In this document: one piece after another, positions 32,001 to 40,651 of the stretch
Layout: each line of letters begins with the position of its first letter
Position numbering within the stretch: the first letter of the stretch is position 1
From: a virus
IMG/VR virus record: IMGVR_UViG_3300035228_001133
Span: 1 to 64,000 of that record
Length of the DNA stretch: 64,000 nucleotides
Direction: 5' to 3' (one strand)
The notes under the pieces: model-generated
The model's database searches: none
What the model saw: the letters and a program-made list of their open reading frames with translations, nothing else
What the model was told of the DNA's origin: nothing
Translations under genes and position numbers: made by a program

Positions 32001-33624
32001 TGGATATGCTGTTGGTGATGTATTATCAGTAAATCCATCTAATACTGGTGGATTTGGTGCTAATTTGAGACTTTCGATTCAAAATGAAGTGGGCATTATT
32101 AGTGCCTTCAATACACTAATTGTTGACAGAGTTCAAGGTGTTCCAAGTGTTGATGCATCCTCTGCGGTTGTTTTTACAACAGGTGCTGGGTCTACATCAA
32201 CTCTTTCTGCAACTTCTATCCAGTATGTTGAAAATGTAAGTGACGGGTTGTCATTCAGGGTTAATCACAGTAGTCACGGAATGTATAGTCCATTGGATAT
32301 GGTTACACTTTCAAATATTGAAACTGATGTGAAACCAGAGAAACTCACTGCCAAGTACGATTCTGCTTCAACTGATAATCTCTCAGTAACTAATGTAGGA
32401 GTTTATACTAGTTTTGAGAATGTTTCTGTTGACTCAAATAATCCTGGATATTTGAAATTGGGTGATGAGATTATCAAATATACGGGTGTTACTACAACCA
32501 CAAGTGCAGTTACTGGTGTTACTAGAGCTATCGATGATACTACTGCTGGAAATTATTCTGTAGATGATCTACTCTTCAAGTATGAACTTAATGGTATTTC
32601 ATTAAGGAGAATCAATACTTTACATAGTCTTGGTCAGGTAAACTTAACTAAGTATCCCATTGACGTTGATTCTTATTGGTTGAAAGTTGGTATCTCAAGT
32701 AGGGGTGTTGATAGAAGTCCTGGAAATGCTACTGGATTGCCAGAACTATTTTGGAATCAAACTAAATCTGCTGGATCTTACCTTGCTCAAGGTACTAATA
32801 CTGGTTCTGGTAATGTTCCAAGAGCTACCCAGAACATTGCATTTAATATAATGCGACCAAACTTCACTATCATGCAACCAGATGGAACCAGTGTTTCTGC
32901 ATCTTGTAGGACATTTAGTGGAGATAGTCCAGATGGAAACATGGGAGCATATATCGATCAAGGATTTGAAACTATTTCCTTGGAAGGTGACAATGAATTT
33001 ACTACACCTAGAATTGTCGCATCTAAGGTAAATGAATTGACTAGATTGGAGAATTATCCTGGAAGAAAATCGTTTGCAATAGAAATTACTCTTAACACGG
33101 AAGACGAGTCCGTTGCTCCACAAATTGATTTGGATAGAGTAAGTGCTATTTTAGTTATGAATAGACTTAATAGTAAAGTCACTAATTATGCTACTGACAG
33201 ACGAGTAAATTCTATTGATAATGATCCAAATGCTGCAATTTACTTGACTGAAGTTATTAACTTGGATAAGGCTGCGGATGGACTGAAAGTCATGTTTGAT
33301 GCATATAGACATCAAACAAATGATATTAGAGTTCTCTATAGATCATTCCGTGTTGACGCACCACAAGGAGATCAACTATTCCAGTTGTTCCCTGGATATA
33401 ATAATCTAGATCTTGCTGGTGGGATTATCGATCCTACCAAAAGTGATGGGTTACCCGACAAGTTCGTTCCCCCATCTGATGGATATGAAGATTTTAATCC
33501 ATATGAATTTAATATCGCAAATATCCCACAGTTTAGTGCATTCCAAATTAAAATTTGTATGTCTGGAACCAACTTTGCTTATGTTCCAAGATTGAAAGAT
33601 CTACGAGTTATTGCTACGATTTAA
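26092..33624 (+). CDS. VrlC/DUF4815-like virion structural protein
   Basis: 'LN.SPYFDDF...NYQRVLFKPG.PIQSRELTTLQSILQNQIE', 'APGADRLK', 'KSGFFVDNF', 'DPLAQSF'. Confidence 0.85.
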   Translation: MPQNTNLNSSPYFDDFSASNNYQRVLFKPGLPIQSRELTTLQSILQNQIEKFGKHMFKEGSVVIPGQLAYDDEYTSVQIDESHLGLPVSLYLNSLKGKRIKGETSGVKAKIEDYISNSESVKGNYTLYIKYEGASENDFSGTTFTDGENLIAQEDISYSLSSIRTGTSFATAIISNSTAVGSAAKLANGVYFIRGFFVDVPDSVVILDQYDDAPSYRIGLNISEELVTASEEYNDLYDNARGFSNFAAPGADRLKISTTLIKKSLTDFNDENFIELLRIENGDIRKFSNTTTYDLITDELARRTYDESGDYYINSFDVNIKETLNNRIGNDGAYYDNQTTQQGNIPTDDIVSLSIGPGKAYIRGFEVETLNTTTLDIPKPRTTESVDNEALPFTVGRIIEVNNVHGSPAVGLGTEGLLNLYASRTATPGTASGLHIGVARLYDFRLRDAAYQNEGTTFRTSLYDVQTFTYLELNADSSINVPAFIEGQNSGASGFVYSASSNTTELILYQVNGEFQRNEEIVLNGTTINRTIKDFDDYGIQEVRQITSADGVAFTADTKLTNRIRFAEPGSEYTITDVSAGVSTITSPNANFSAVSGISTGDVIAYSKAATSTPSYAVVEQIGTNARSIIVKASTTVSNVNEGALPTSEITVSDVNKVTLEILNGGNQSLFAELAEPNVSTVNLNDSEIIFKKTYYIAVSTGAFSATLESDSNLTLEPYDSEDYNVSFDSSGTTESLSDQKLTVSGRTVTLSQLSESGSATLTVTWKKKNPKAKNKVFSRANTIQIINSSTNTSGVGNSSANDGLTFSNIYGTRVQDKKISLGICDVANVVAIFESSSNSNPQLPKIILTDLNASVTNALKGESIVGETSGASAIFVESNGTNETSFIYENENIFQSGETVIFQDSNITANVQSFVSGDRDIKDNFEFDPGQNEDYLDFSSIVRLNSANAPTKRLTIVYDSFVIENSDPGDLVSVDSYDATLYGNTLPYIGSIPVSDIIDLRPRAVSVASTVSPFEYKSREFNPLTSSTTHVFSSNKNLNLSYDYYLGRIDKIFLTKDGVFNRAEGVPSYNPQVPNKVDNALEIATIEMPPYLYNLNDITVQIATHKRYQMVDIANIETRLTNVEYYTSLSLLETETSSLSIKDPTTNLDKFKSGFFVDNFRSKIGGGAIEDSQYRCSIDTAEGEARPEHYTTSIDLLLGSEAVIAASSGTATPDADYRFVSDLGDANVVKKGDIVTLSYTDSEWLKNKFATRIENVNPFHVVNWIGVLELNPATDTWIDTRKIPSMTVDMEGSYNAIQGMVGGTDSNTGLSPVQWGSWETTWTGKTRTKGPVILKEKKRVKGSMTKKKRRGRFRPGKGIKVTTIKKWKQKITKIREVTTTKTGTKSRAGIQYKVDETFDSKSLGDRVVSSDVAAVMRSRNIEFVCKRLKPNTRLYAFFDNIDMNAFIVPKLIEIEMESGTFAVGETVVGNGTNSTNKSIRFRLAQQNHKYGAYNSPSQTYENNPYNVANSISGSYSSTTGLLNVDTAALEIQSVSGFFGCLGKGMKLIGQSSGAIAKVKDIRLVTDKAGVVIGSLFIPDPTLPSNTPFATGRKTFTLTSSSSNQTISGFTDSSAETTFMSTGTINNTQETTLRIRNANVERVPTSESKAVSKSTTRLKSTVKFKNRKKKQTRWVDPLAQSFEVPDENGVFLTKCEIYFRSKDASALPVTLQVRDLELGLPTQSILPFAEVVLDPSEVVTSDDGSKPTTFTFDSPVYCQGGSQFALVLLSASNEYTVFISRMGEEDVSTINSADSEKIIVSQQPLLGSLFKSQNGATWDPSQFEDLKFNLYQAKFNSTSGTVKFYNPDLDIGNKQIVTLSNNPLSMLGKNTIIGLGKSLTSNEVNGLLSGTTIGQENNANFSANLVTVLGAVGIGSVLDLTSAGGGFANGTPTYTDVPLISLTGSGSGAKATLVIASNAVTSATVSAGGTGYAVGDVLSVNPSNTGGFGANLRLSIQNEVGIISAFNTLIVDRVQGVPSVDASSAVVFTTGAGSTSTLSATSIQYVENVSDGLSFRVNHSSHGMYSPLDMVTLSNIETDVKPEKLTAKYDSASTDNLSVTNVGVYTSFENVSVDSNNPGYLKLGDEIIKYTGVTTTTSAVTGVTRAIDDTTAGNYSVDDLLFKYELNGISLRRINTLHSLGQVNLTKYPIDVDSYWLKVGISSRGVDRSPGNATGLPELFWNQTKSAGSYLAQGTNTGSGNVPRATQNIAFNIMRPNFTIMQPDGTSVSASCRTFSGDSPDGNMGAYIDQGFETISLEGDNEFTTPRIVASKVNELTRLENYPGRKSFAIEITLNTEDESVAPQIDLDRVSAILVMNRLNSKVTNYATDRRVNSIDNDPNAAIYLTEVINLDKAADGLKVMFDAYRHQTNDIRVLYRSFRVDAPQGDQLFQLFPGYNNLDLAGGIIDPTKSDGLPDKFVPPSDGYEDFNPYEFNIANIPQFSAFQIKICMSGTNFAYVPRLKDLRVIATI

Positions 33625-33833
33625 TGGATAAAAGAAAAGTTGAAAGTAGTCATTCTCTCTATAGAGATATGGACACTGGAGCAGTGATAAATTGCAATGA
33701 TGGTGCATATGAATCGTATATTAAACAAAAGAAAATTGCGGTTCAGAAATCATTGGAAATTGATGAATTAAAGAATGATGTTAGTGAACTTAAGGTCATG
33801 ATGAAACTCCTTCTGGAAAAATTGGATAAATAA
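33624..33833 (+). CDS. Small coiled-coil protein (MDKRKVESSHSLYRDMDTGAVIN...)
   Basis: TAATG coupling at 33624; 'LYRD..TGA.IN' motif with a coiled-coil C-terminus. Confidence 0.75.
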   Translation: MDKRKVESSHSLYRDMDTGAVINCNDGAYESYIKQKKIAVQKSLEIDELKNDVSELKVMMKLLLEKLDK

Positions 33834-33855
33834 CTAAAATCTTCCTTTTTGTGTA

Positions 33856-34188
33856 ATGGCAGCTAGAAATGTCAATTTAGTTATTGAGCAAAACGTTGAT
33901 TTTGAAGCAACCTTTACTATTAAGAATGCGAATAATTCGCCATTAAACTTGACTGGGTACTCTGCTCTAGCAAAGATTAGAAAACACCCAGATGCGACAA
34001 AATACACGAATTTTGTTATTTCTTTCCCAAATAGAATCAATGGAGTCGTAAAAGTAGCCCTTGCGGTAACTTCCACTGGAACTTTGGAGGGAGGAAGATA
34101 CGTGTATGATCTGGTACTTATTTCCCCAAACAATTATAAGACTCGACCTATCGCAGGAAATGTTTTAGTGTTGCCTGGAGTATCATGA
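33856..34188 (+). CDS. Probable virion/baseplate-associated protein
   Basis: 'NL.IEQ..DF...F', 'LTGY....IRK', 'GRYVYD'; ATAAATA at 33826-33832. Confidence 0.75.
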   Translation: MAARNVNLVIEQNVDFEATFTIKNANNSPLNLTGYSALAKIRKHPDATKYTNFVISFPNRINGVVKVALAVTSTGTLEGGRYVYDLVLISPNNYKTRPIAGNVLVLPGVS

Positions 34189-34862
34189 CTGATTACTTAG
34201 TAAATTTAAATAGTCCTGGATCATATTCAGTTGGAGTTGACTACGAAATTCCATCGAAGTCAACTCAGAACACCAATTTAATCATTGATGACATTAATGG
34301 TCAGTTCAATGGTATTGGCGTTACTTTCGCATTAAGTAGTAGTGGCGATACATATAATCCATTAAATGACCAACAACTGATTGTTTGTAAAAACAATTTG
34401 GTTATGGAACCAGGAGAAGATTTCACCATTGCTGGTGATCAACTTATTTTCTCAGTTGCACCAGTTGTTGGTGATGATGTGTTCATCATTGCTCTTGCAA
34501 CTACTGCTGATCTAACAAGATCTGTTAATTTTGTTATTGACAGTGGATCTCAGGATATCTCCCCAGGAAGCAAAGGCAAAGTAACTGTAGATGTTTCTGG
34601 AACGATCGAATCAATCAAAATATTGAGTGATCAAACAGGAGATATTGTTGTAGAAGTATCTAAATCTAACTTCCAAGATTTTCCCACATTTACGACAATC
34701 ACTGACAATCAACGAGTCCAACTACAATCTCAAAACAAGTACATTGATGATGTACTAAATAATTGGGATAGGACGATCGTTGCTGGTGATATATTAGATT
34801 TTTCGGTAGTCAGCTCAACAAACATGCGAAGGTTGCTGATCTCTTTAAAATTAAAATTATAA
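34185..34862 (+). CDS. Probable virion structural protein
   Basis: 'IDDI..QFNG...TF.L' module shared with the gp7-like proteins; ATGA coupling. Confidence 0.7.
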   Translation: MTDYLVNLNSPGSYSVGVDYEIPSKSTQNTNLIIDDINGQFNGIGVTFALSSSGDTYNPLNDQQLIVCKNNLVMEPGEDFTIAGDQLIFSVAPVVGDDVFIIALATTADLTRSVNFVIDSGSQDISPGSKGKVTVDVSGTIESIKILSDQTGDIVVEVSKSNFQDFPTFTTITDNQRVQLQSQNKYIDDVLNNWDRTIVAGDILDFSVVSSTNMRRLLISLKLKL

Positions 34863-34865
34863 ATA
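34858..34865 (+). promoter_or_regulatory. T4-type late promoter
   Basis: TATAAATA overlapping the upstream stop codon. Confidence 0.75.
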
Positions 34866-34908
34866 AGTATAGTTCTTAAAGTCTAACCCTTACGAGGAGT
34901 TGTTTTCG

Positions 34909-35916
34909 ATGGCATTACTAGTTCCCAATATTGGTGAAATTGAGTCTCTCCGTTATCTGATTGCTCAGAATAACTTTGTTGCAGACTTGGAGGATACTTC
35001 ACCAAGAAATCTCGTTCTTAAATTATTTACGAGTAACACCACCCCTGCTGAGGGTGATGTTCCTTCCCAGACTGCATATTTTGAACCATATATTGACGGA
35101 AACGTTAATGGTTACGGAACTACTGCAAATACTGGTTACCCCGTCTGCGTCGATAATAGAATCGATCAAGACTACACCGCACAGTACGGTGTTCTTCTAA
35201 ACGGATCTCGCTGGGTTATTAAGAACGTTGGTAGTGGTACAACCGCAACCTATCCCGAACAGACTTTCACCTTTACTGGACCTGCTGGTAATATCTACGG
35301 TTATTATGTAACCAGAGCAAACAACATGCCTGTATCCGTACAGGGTGTTAACCACGCAGCTAGTGTGGGTATCGGAACAACCGTCACCAAGGGTAACAAC
35401 ACTGATCCATGTATTGGAGTTGTTGGTAATAGATTCTTTGTTGTTGACCCACAGGTCTCCATCAACGATCTAACTCTTGGACAGTATGTTGCTGGTAACG
35501 CAGGTGTCCAAACTGGTACGAGAATTATTGGTCTTGACCGAGCCTTGCAAGTTGTCTATCTAGACAAACCACTGATTGATAACATTCAGGTTGCAACTGA
35601 TCCATCGGTTACCTTTAGTTTCGGTAAGATTGCTATTGTCAATCACGGTCTTCAGCGAGGAGATATCCTTTACGTTGCTGCTGGTTCAGGTAACACGACT
35701 CTTGAGTCCAATGTTTACACGGTCTTTGATTCACCAAACGCTGATGAGTTTGTAACTACACCTTCTCTGACTGCAACATCTAACGGTGTACTTGGTCTCA
35801 ATACCGCTACTCTCTACTCCAGCATCATGTACGCTGAGAGATTCACGAATGGTCCATACAACATTCAGAACAACGGTGACCAAATTAAAATCACCCTGAA
35901 CGTCGCACTTGACTGA
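34909..35916 (+). CDS. Virion structural protein, probably abundant
   Basis: GAGGAG RBS, own late promoter and terminator; 'ATYPEQTFTF...IYGYYV', 'AERF..GPY.I.NNGD.IKIT'. Confidence 0.8.
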   Translation: MALLVPNIGEIESLRYLIAQNNFVADLEDTSPRNLVLKLFTSNTTPAEGDVPSQTAYFEPYIDGNVNGYGTTANTGYPVCVDNRIDQDYTAQYGVLLNGSRWVIKNVGSGTTATYPEQTFTFTGPAGNIYGYYVTRANNMPVSVQGVNHAASVGIGTTVTKGNNTDPCIGVVGNRFFVVDPQVSINDLTLGQYVAGNAGVQTGTRIIGLDRALQVVYLDKPLIDNIQVATDPSVTFSFGKIAIVNHGLQRGDILYVAAGSGNTTLESNVYTVFDSPNADEFVTTPSLTATSNGVLGLNTATLYSSIMYAERFTNGPYNIQNNGDQIKITLNVALD

Positions 35917-35947
35917 TTCATATATAAAATAGAATATTTGTCATGGT

Positions 35948-35982
35948 GGGGATTGCTTTATTATCAAGGCAGTCCCCTTTTT
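35948..35982 (+). terminator. Rho-independent terminator
   Basis: GGGGATTGCTT-loop-AGGCAGTCCCC followed by TTTTT. Confidence 0.85.
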
Positions 35983-36005
35983 CATCAAATGATAAGAATT
36001 AAACT

Positions 36006-39000
36006 ATGGCCGTTTATGTCTACGATACCAATAAGGTAGATATATTCGTTTCGGAAGATGAGGGTTTGGTAACCACTTCCGTAACGAGTACGGCTGACTA
36101 TGGCAACATTTCAGACACTGCTGACGATGATCGCGGTGCAGATAATTTCAATCCTTGGTATTTTGGATTAATTACAGACCTAGCGGATGTCTTGCCATTT
36201 GGTAAGTTTGATGTTGGTGGAAACGCATTACCACTAAATTCTCCAGCTATTCCTGGTTCTGGACTATTCCGCATAGAAGATATTGCAGAAGTATCGTATG
36301 TAACCCCCTGGAGAGGGTCTGGAAGCCTCTTTGAGATCGGTGGAGGTCTGGAACGACTTGTCATCCCAGACTTGGGTGCCGCAGGACCATCTCCGTCCAT
36401 ATACGGACAAGCAGAAGAATCGAATACATTTGTTACAGTCGGATCTGGCATACTCGCTCAACTTTCTGATGAAGGAGCGACAGACAAGTTTAACAGATAT
36501 CCCTGGGACGCTACAGGTACTCTTACCCTCAGTGGATATAACGGCACAATATTTCCAGACGACTTTATTGCGGTCATTAAAAATGTCGCAAAGGTTAAGG
36601 GCAAGGCTCAAGATCGCGTTATTTATGACTACCGTCTGGATCCAGACACCAAGTTCGATACTGAAAACTGTGGATTCGTATTCGACACATCGGGTGGCAA
36701 GTTCTCCGATGCTGATGATCTAACCTTTGACAGAATCATCACTACCAATAAGGATAGGTCCTTTAGTGATGATGATCAACTTGAATATGAGAATTTCGGT
36801 GATATTACCGCAAGTATTCAACAGATTGAAGATCGCGGAATCATTGAGAGAAAACTCGGTGGTGGACTGTTCATGCACGATTACCAGGCAACTGGTATCA
36901 GTGCATCAGAATCTATTCCATTCGCATATTTTGGTACTGGATCTCTATTTGCACTTGGAGAACTCGATCCAGACAAAGATGTCGATCAGGTATTTGGATA
37001 CGCAGGTTCTGGTGGATTCAATGCTACTGGAGAGAACTTCTTCAGTCAGGCTCCACAAAGCACAATATTCGGTCTCGAAGGAGAAATTTCCTTCAATGGA
37101 TCTGGTGTCGAAAGATTTGTTCCTGCAACTGTTGATAATACAGTACTCTTCAATCAAGTTGGTTCTGCTAACGATAAGATTATTTGGCAGGCTGGGGAAC
37201 GTAAGATCACCATCAGACCAATTGGATTTGGATCTGTACTTCTTTCTGATACTCCACCTACATCTACAGCAACTCTGGTTGTATCTGGTGCAGCAACGGA
37301 TCTCGAAAGAACATTTGCTGATGGCAATGTAAACCTCTTTGATATTAGTGGAGATGCCGGCAACCCATTAGATTCCAGATTTACACCACACTTTAGATCT
37401 GCAAAAGGAGATATTGTCCTCCCAGATGAAGATTGGGGTCTTATTACAAACTCGGCAACCGAGTTTGAAGATTGGGGATATATCCGAGAAGTTGCAACCA
37501 CTTCTCTTGTATTTGGAGATATTCTTTCTCCATTCAATTACATTCAGATTGGTGGTCAACATTATCCAAGTACAGATACATTCTCTGTTGGGGAGTCTTC
37601 GCTCACCAAACAGACACTTGGATTTACTGGAATTGCAACATTCAGGATTTCCGAAGATTCCAGTCTGGAAAGAACGTTCGGATACGAATCGTCTGGTATT
37701 ACTGGTATTGCCACCTACAAGGCTGGTATCAACATCTTTGGTTACAACTGGTTCAGTCAGGCTCCACAAAGTACAGTATTCGGTCTCGAAGGTGAACTTA
37801 CTCTTAGTGGTTCTGGGAATGAGTCTATTACTCCGTTCATTGAACCTCAAGGAACTGATGGAAACTTTACTTTCCTATCTGGTCTTGCAGAATCAAGATC
37901 AGTTAGTCCCGATCCAACGGGTGATGTATATGTTGGCGGAACTGCAGGTATTGTATTCAGTCCCAATATTACTGGTGTTGGTGTTGCCACACTTCGTACA
38001 GGTAGAGAAGAGTTCCAGACATATCTCAGAATCATTGATCCTGATATGGATCTTGTTCTCACCACAATTGGTGGTGGACTTGTTAATGAGGACTTCGTTA
38101 AGAGTTACAACGAATCTTCAATCTACTATGGTCCTCAAGATGAAGATTATGGAAATATCCTCAATGCAGCTGCATATGGGATGGGTCTCAACTTCTCTGG
38201 TGCTGCATCTGAAGTTGAAACCTATGATAATGAGACGAATACTTATGACCAAGATGTACTCTTCAGTAGCAACGGTCTAACTTATGACCAGAGCACTGGC
38301 GGAACAAGTATTCTTCCAAGTTTCGACAAAACAGCATCGTTCCCTGTCAACTTTGGAACTACTGTCGTATCTGAAGATCTTGGTACTCTCACCGAAGGAT
38401 CTCCAATTCCAGGTGGTCCAGCATATGATCAATACCTATATCCAAATTACACTGGATTCATTGATCAGGATATCAACCAAGGTTACGATGATTTTGGATT
38501 CATCAATGCTACTACCGATTCTCTAACCAGAGTACCTTATGGTCAGGTTGATATTGAGCAACCTCCAACTCTTACGGTCACCAGATTTATTCCTCAATGG
38601 AATGGTTCTGGTACTATTATTCCTTCTGGTACTGCGGAAGAGAGATTTATTACCTCGGATGGCAATACCGTCCTATTCGACTTTATTGGTACTACTTCCC
38701 CAGAGAAGTTTATTGCTCAGACTCCAGAAGATACAATTCTCTTCACAATTTCTGGTGCAGCCGAAGACGAATCGGTCACCTTTGCTGAAGTTGGAATTGG
38801 AACTGCATATTTCTCTGGTATTGGAGTCGAGAGGGTCAGATTTGTCGAGATTGGAACTGGCATTCTTTCCTTCTCTGGTTCTGCAGTGGAAAGATCCTCC
38901 ATGGATCCTCCAGAAGGAACTTATCTACATGTATTCAGTGGAACAGATGTTCGACCTGGACTTTCCTTTGCTGTCGCGACAACAAAGGCAACTCAACGTC

Positions 39001-40607
39001 TGTTTGGAGAACTATATCATCCAGACATCGACTTCACTCCACATTATGGTATTGAGAGAAATATTGGTATCGAGACCGCATTTGCACTTGCGAGTGGTGG
39101 TGGTCTCAACGAAGATGGTACTGGTCCTGGTATTGTCACTACCAGATATCTTCCCGATTATAGAGGAGAGGGTGTTCTTACTCTTAGTGGTAAGGCTATT
39201 GGTCGTACCAATGCACCAATCTTTACTGATGGTACTATCTATATCCTCGGTATTCATACCGCGGCTCAGGGAATCAGTTCTGGGAGAGAGACTGGTCTTT
39301 CGGAAAGTTATTCTCCTGGAACAATCTTTGGTGGTCCTGGACAAGTCACCTTCACGGGTGTCTCCCCTGCTCGTCCAATTCAGGTATTTGGATATTATGG
39401 GGACGACAGAGATCCTGGAGCTGGAACGACTGGAGTCATTTCGATTACTCCTGCTCAGCAAGGAATCATCATCAAATCCACCAGCGATTATGTTGGTGTT
39501 GGAACTGCATACTTCTCTGGAGAATATTCCGATCTCGTTGCAACATTCAGAGAAATTGGAACGGGAGAACTCTTCAAATTCTCTGCTCTATATGAAAGAA
39601 GAACCTTCGATTATATTGGATCTGGATTACTCACTGCATCTGGAACAACAGATGCTCCAAGTTCTTTCCAGACTCCAGAAAGTACAGTTCTCTTTGCAGT
39701 TTCTGGATATTCGCAAGAACGTGTCTCTCTGGACAACGAAACGGGTGGAACGATTTCCATCTACAACACAGAAAGAGTTATTACTGGAATTACTCTTTCT
39801 ATCTCAACTGGAGGCACGTTCAATTTCTCCTCCAGTGGTGCAGAATCGATTGTTATTCCTTCGGACACAAATACCGCTCTCTTCGATATCGAAGGAATTG
39901 CCGATACCAGAGAAATTCAGGTCTACGGTTACTATGGAGATGATAGAGATCCTGGTACATCTGGAACTATCACAATTGTTGGTGAACTTACTCCCCCACA
40001 GATCGACTATACTCCCGCAGAGGTTGGATTTGGAGATCTTACTTTCGTTGGTAGTTCTATCATCAAGGTCGATCTCAAGATCGTCGGAAAAGGAACTCTT
40101 CCAATATCTGGTTCTGCAACAGAGAAATTTGTCAGTGGTGCAGGCGAAGATACGATTCTCTTCTCCATCGATGGAAATGCCGAAACGGCACTCAATCAAG
40201 TTTATGGATACTACGGAGACGACAAAGATCCAGGTACATCTGGAATTACTACAATTTCTGGTGTTGGTATTACAAAACCAATACAGGTATTTGGATATTA
40301 TGGAGACGACAAAGATCCTGGTACATCAGGAACATTTACATTCTCCAATACTCCTCTTGTTCACCCAGAAGTCGATTACACTCCACATTACACAGGCACG
40401 GGAGTTGTATACTTTACTGGAGGCGTTTCCGTCAAGAGGACTTTCCCAGAAGTTGTTGGTTCTGGTTCTCTCTTCGGATTTGGTACAAAAGACGAATCAT
40501 TTGCGAGAACAACATACGTCGGTATCGGTGTTGCCAACTTCTTCGGAGCCTCATTTACGGAAACAATTGCGTTTGAACCAGCTCGCGTATACGTTACTAT
40601 CATTTAA
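36006..40607 (+). CDS. Large acidic, Gly/Thr/Phe-rich repetitive protein (probable virion protein)
   Basis: 1533 aa; internal repeats QV(F/Y)GYYGDD(R/K)DPG x4, P..D(F/Y)TP x3, FSQAPQST.FGLEGE x2. Confidence 0.8.
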   Translation: MAVYVYDTNKVDIFVSEDEGLVTTSVTSTADYGNISDTADDDRGADNFNPWYFGLITDLADVLPFGKFDVGGNALPLNSPAIPGSGLFRIEDIAEVSYVTPWRGSGSLFEIGGGLERLVIPDLGAAGPSPSIYGQAEESNTFVTVGSGILAQLSDEGATDKFNRYPWDATGTLTLSGYNGTIFPDDFIAVIKNVAKVKGKAQDRVIYDYRLDPDTKFDTENCGFVFDTSGGKFSDADDLTFDRIITTNKDRSFSDDDQLEYENFGDITASIQQIEDRGIIERKLGGGLFMHDYQATGISASESIPFAYFGTGSLFALGELDPDKDVDQVFGYAGSGGFNATGENFFSQAPQSTIFGLEGEISFNGSGVERFVPATVDNTVLFNQVGSANDKIIWQAGERKITIRPIGFGSVLLSDTPPTSTATLVVSGAATDLERTFADGNVNLFDISGDAGNPLDSRFTPHFRSAKGDIVLPDEDWGLITNSATEFEDWGYIREVATTSLVFGDILSPFNYIQIGGQHYPSTDTFSVGESSLTKQTLGFTGIATFRISEDSSLERTFGYESSGITGIATYKAGINIFGYNWFSQAPQSTVFGLEGELTLSGSGNESITPFIEPQGTDGNFTFLSGLAESRSVSPDPTGDVYVGGTAGIVFSPNITGVGVATLRTGREEFQTYLRIIDPDMDLVLTTIGGGLVNEDFVKSYNESSIYYGPQDEDYGNILNAAAYGMGLNFSGAASEVETYDNETNTYDQDVLFSSNGLTYDQSTGGTSILPSFDKTASFPVNFGTTVVSEDLGTLTEGSPIPGGPAYDQYLYPNYTGFIDQDINQGYDDFGFINATTDSLTRVPYGQVDIEQPPTLTVTRFIPQWNGSGTIIPSGTAEERFITSDGNTVLFDFIGTTSPEKFIAQTPEDTILFTISGAAEDESVTFAEVGIGTAYFSGIGVERVRFVEIGTGILSFSGSAVERSSMDPPEGTYLHVFSGTDVRPGLSFAVATTKATQRLFGELYHPDIDFTPHYGIERNIGIETAFALASGGGLNEDGTGPGIVTTRYLPDYRGEGVLTLSGKAIGRTNAPIFTDGTIYILGIHTAAQGISSGRETGLSESYSPGTIFGGPGQVTFTGVSPARPIQVFGYYGDDRDPGAGTTGVISITPAQQGIIIKSTSDYVGVGTAYFSGEYSDLVATFREIGTGELFKFSALYERRTFDYIGSGLLTASGTTDAPSSFQTPESTVLFAVSGYSQERVSLDNETGGTISIYNTERVITGITLSISTGGTFNFSSSGAESIVIPSDTNTALFDIEGIADTREIQVYGYYGDDRDPGTSGTITIVGELTPPQIDYTPAEVGFGDLTFVGSSIIKVDLKIVGKGTLPISGSATEKFVSGAGEDTILFSIDGNAETALNQVYGYYGDDKDPGTSGITTISGVGITKPIQVFGYYGDDKDPGTSGTFTFSNTPLVHPEVDYTPHYTGTGVVYFTGGVSVKRTFPEVVGSGSLFGFGTKDESFARTTYVGIGVANFFGASFTETIAFEPARVYVTII
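37041..37792 (+). repeat. 41-bp direct repeat pair (37041-37081 and 37752-37792), 2 mismatches
   Basis: TTCAGTCAGGCTCCACAAAG[C/T]ACA[A/G]TATTCGGTCTCGAAGG. Confidence 0.9.
39381..40332 (+). repeat. Four GYYGDD(R/K)DPG repeats (about 39381, 39918, 40197, 40284)
   Basis: CAGGTATTTGGATATTATGG identical at 39381 and 40284; GGAGACGACAAAGATCC identical at 40215 and 40302. Confidence 0.9.
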
Positions 40608-40610
40608 CTT

Positions 40611-40618
40611 TATAAATA
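40611..40618 (+). promoter_or_regulatory. T4-type late promoter
   Basis: TATAAATA. Confidence 0.8.
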
Positions 40619-40651
40619 AATCAGAAGCATACCTTTCATGAGTTCTGAATC

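Noticed and set aside
6350-33595. Many 60-180-aa antisense and off-frame ORFs inside gp6, gp7, gp8 and the VrlC-like gene
   Set aside because: Expected shadows of long coding sequences; no RBS, promoter or motifs
38539-40641. The 700-aa +1 ORF as a conventional stand-alone gene
   Set aside because: The translation is Leu-rich shadow-like sequence with no recognisable motifs or clear RBS. It is kept only as part of the stop-depletion finding.
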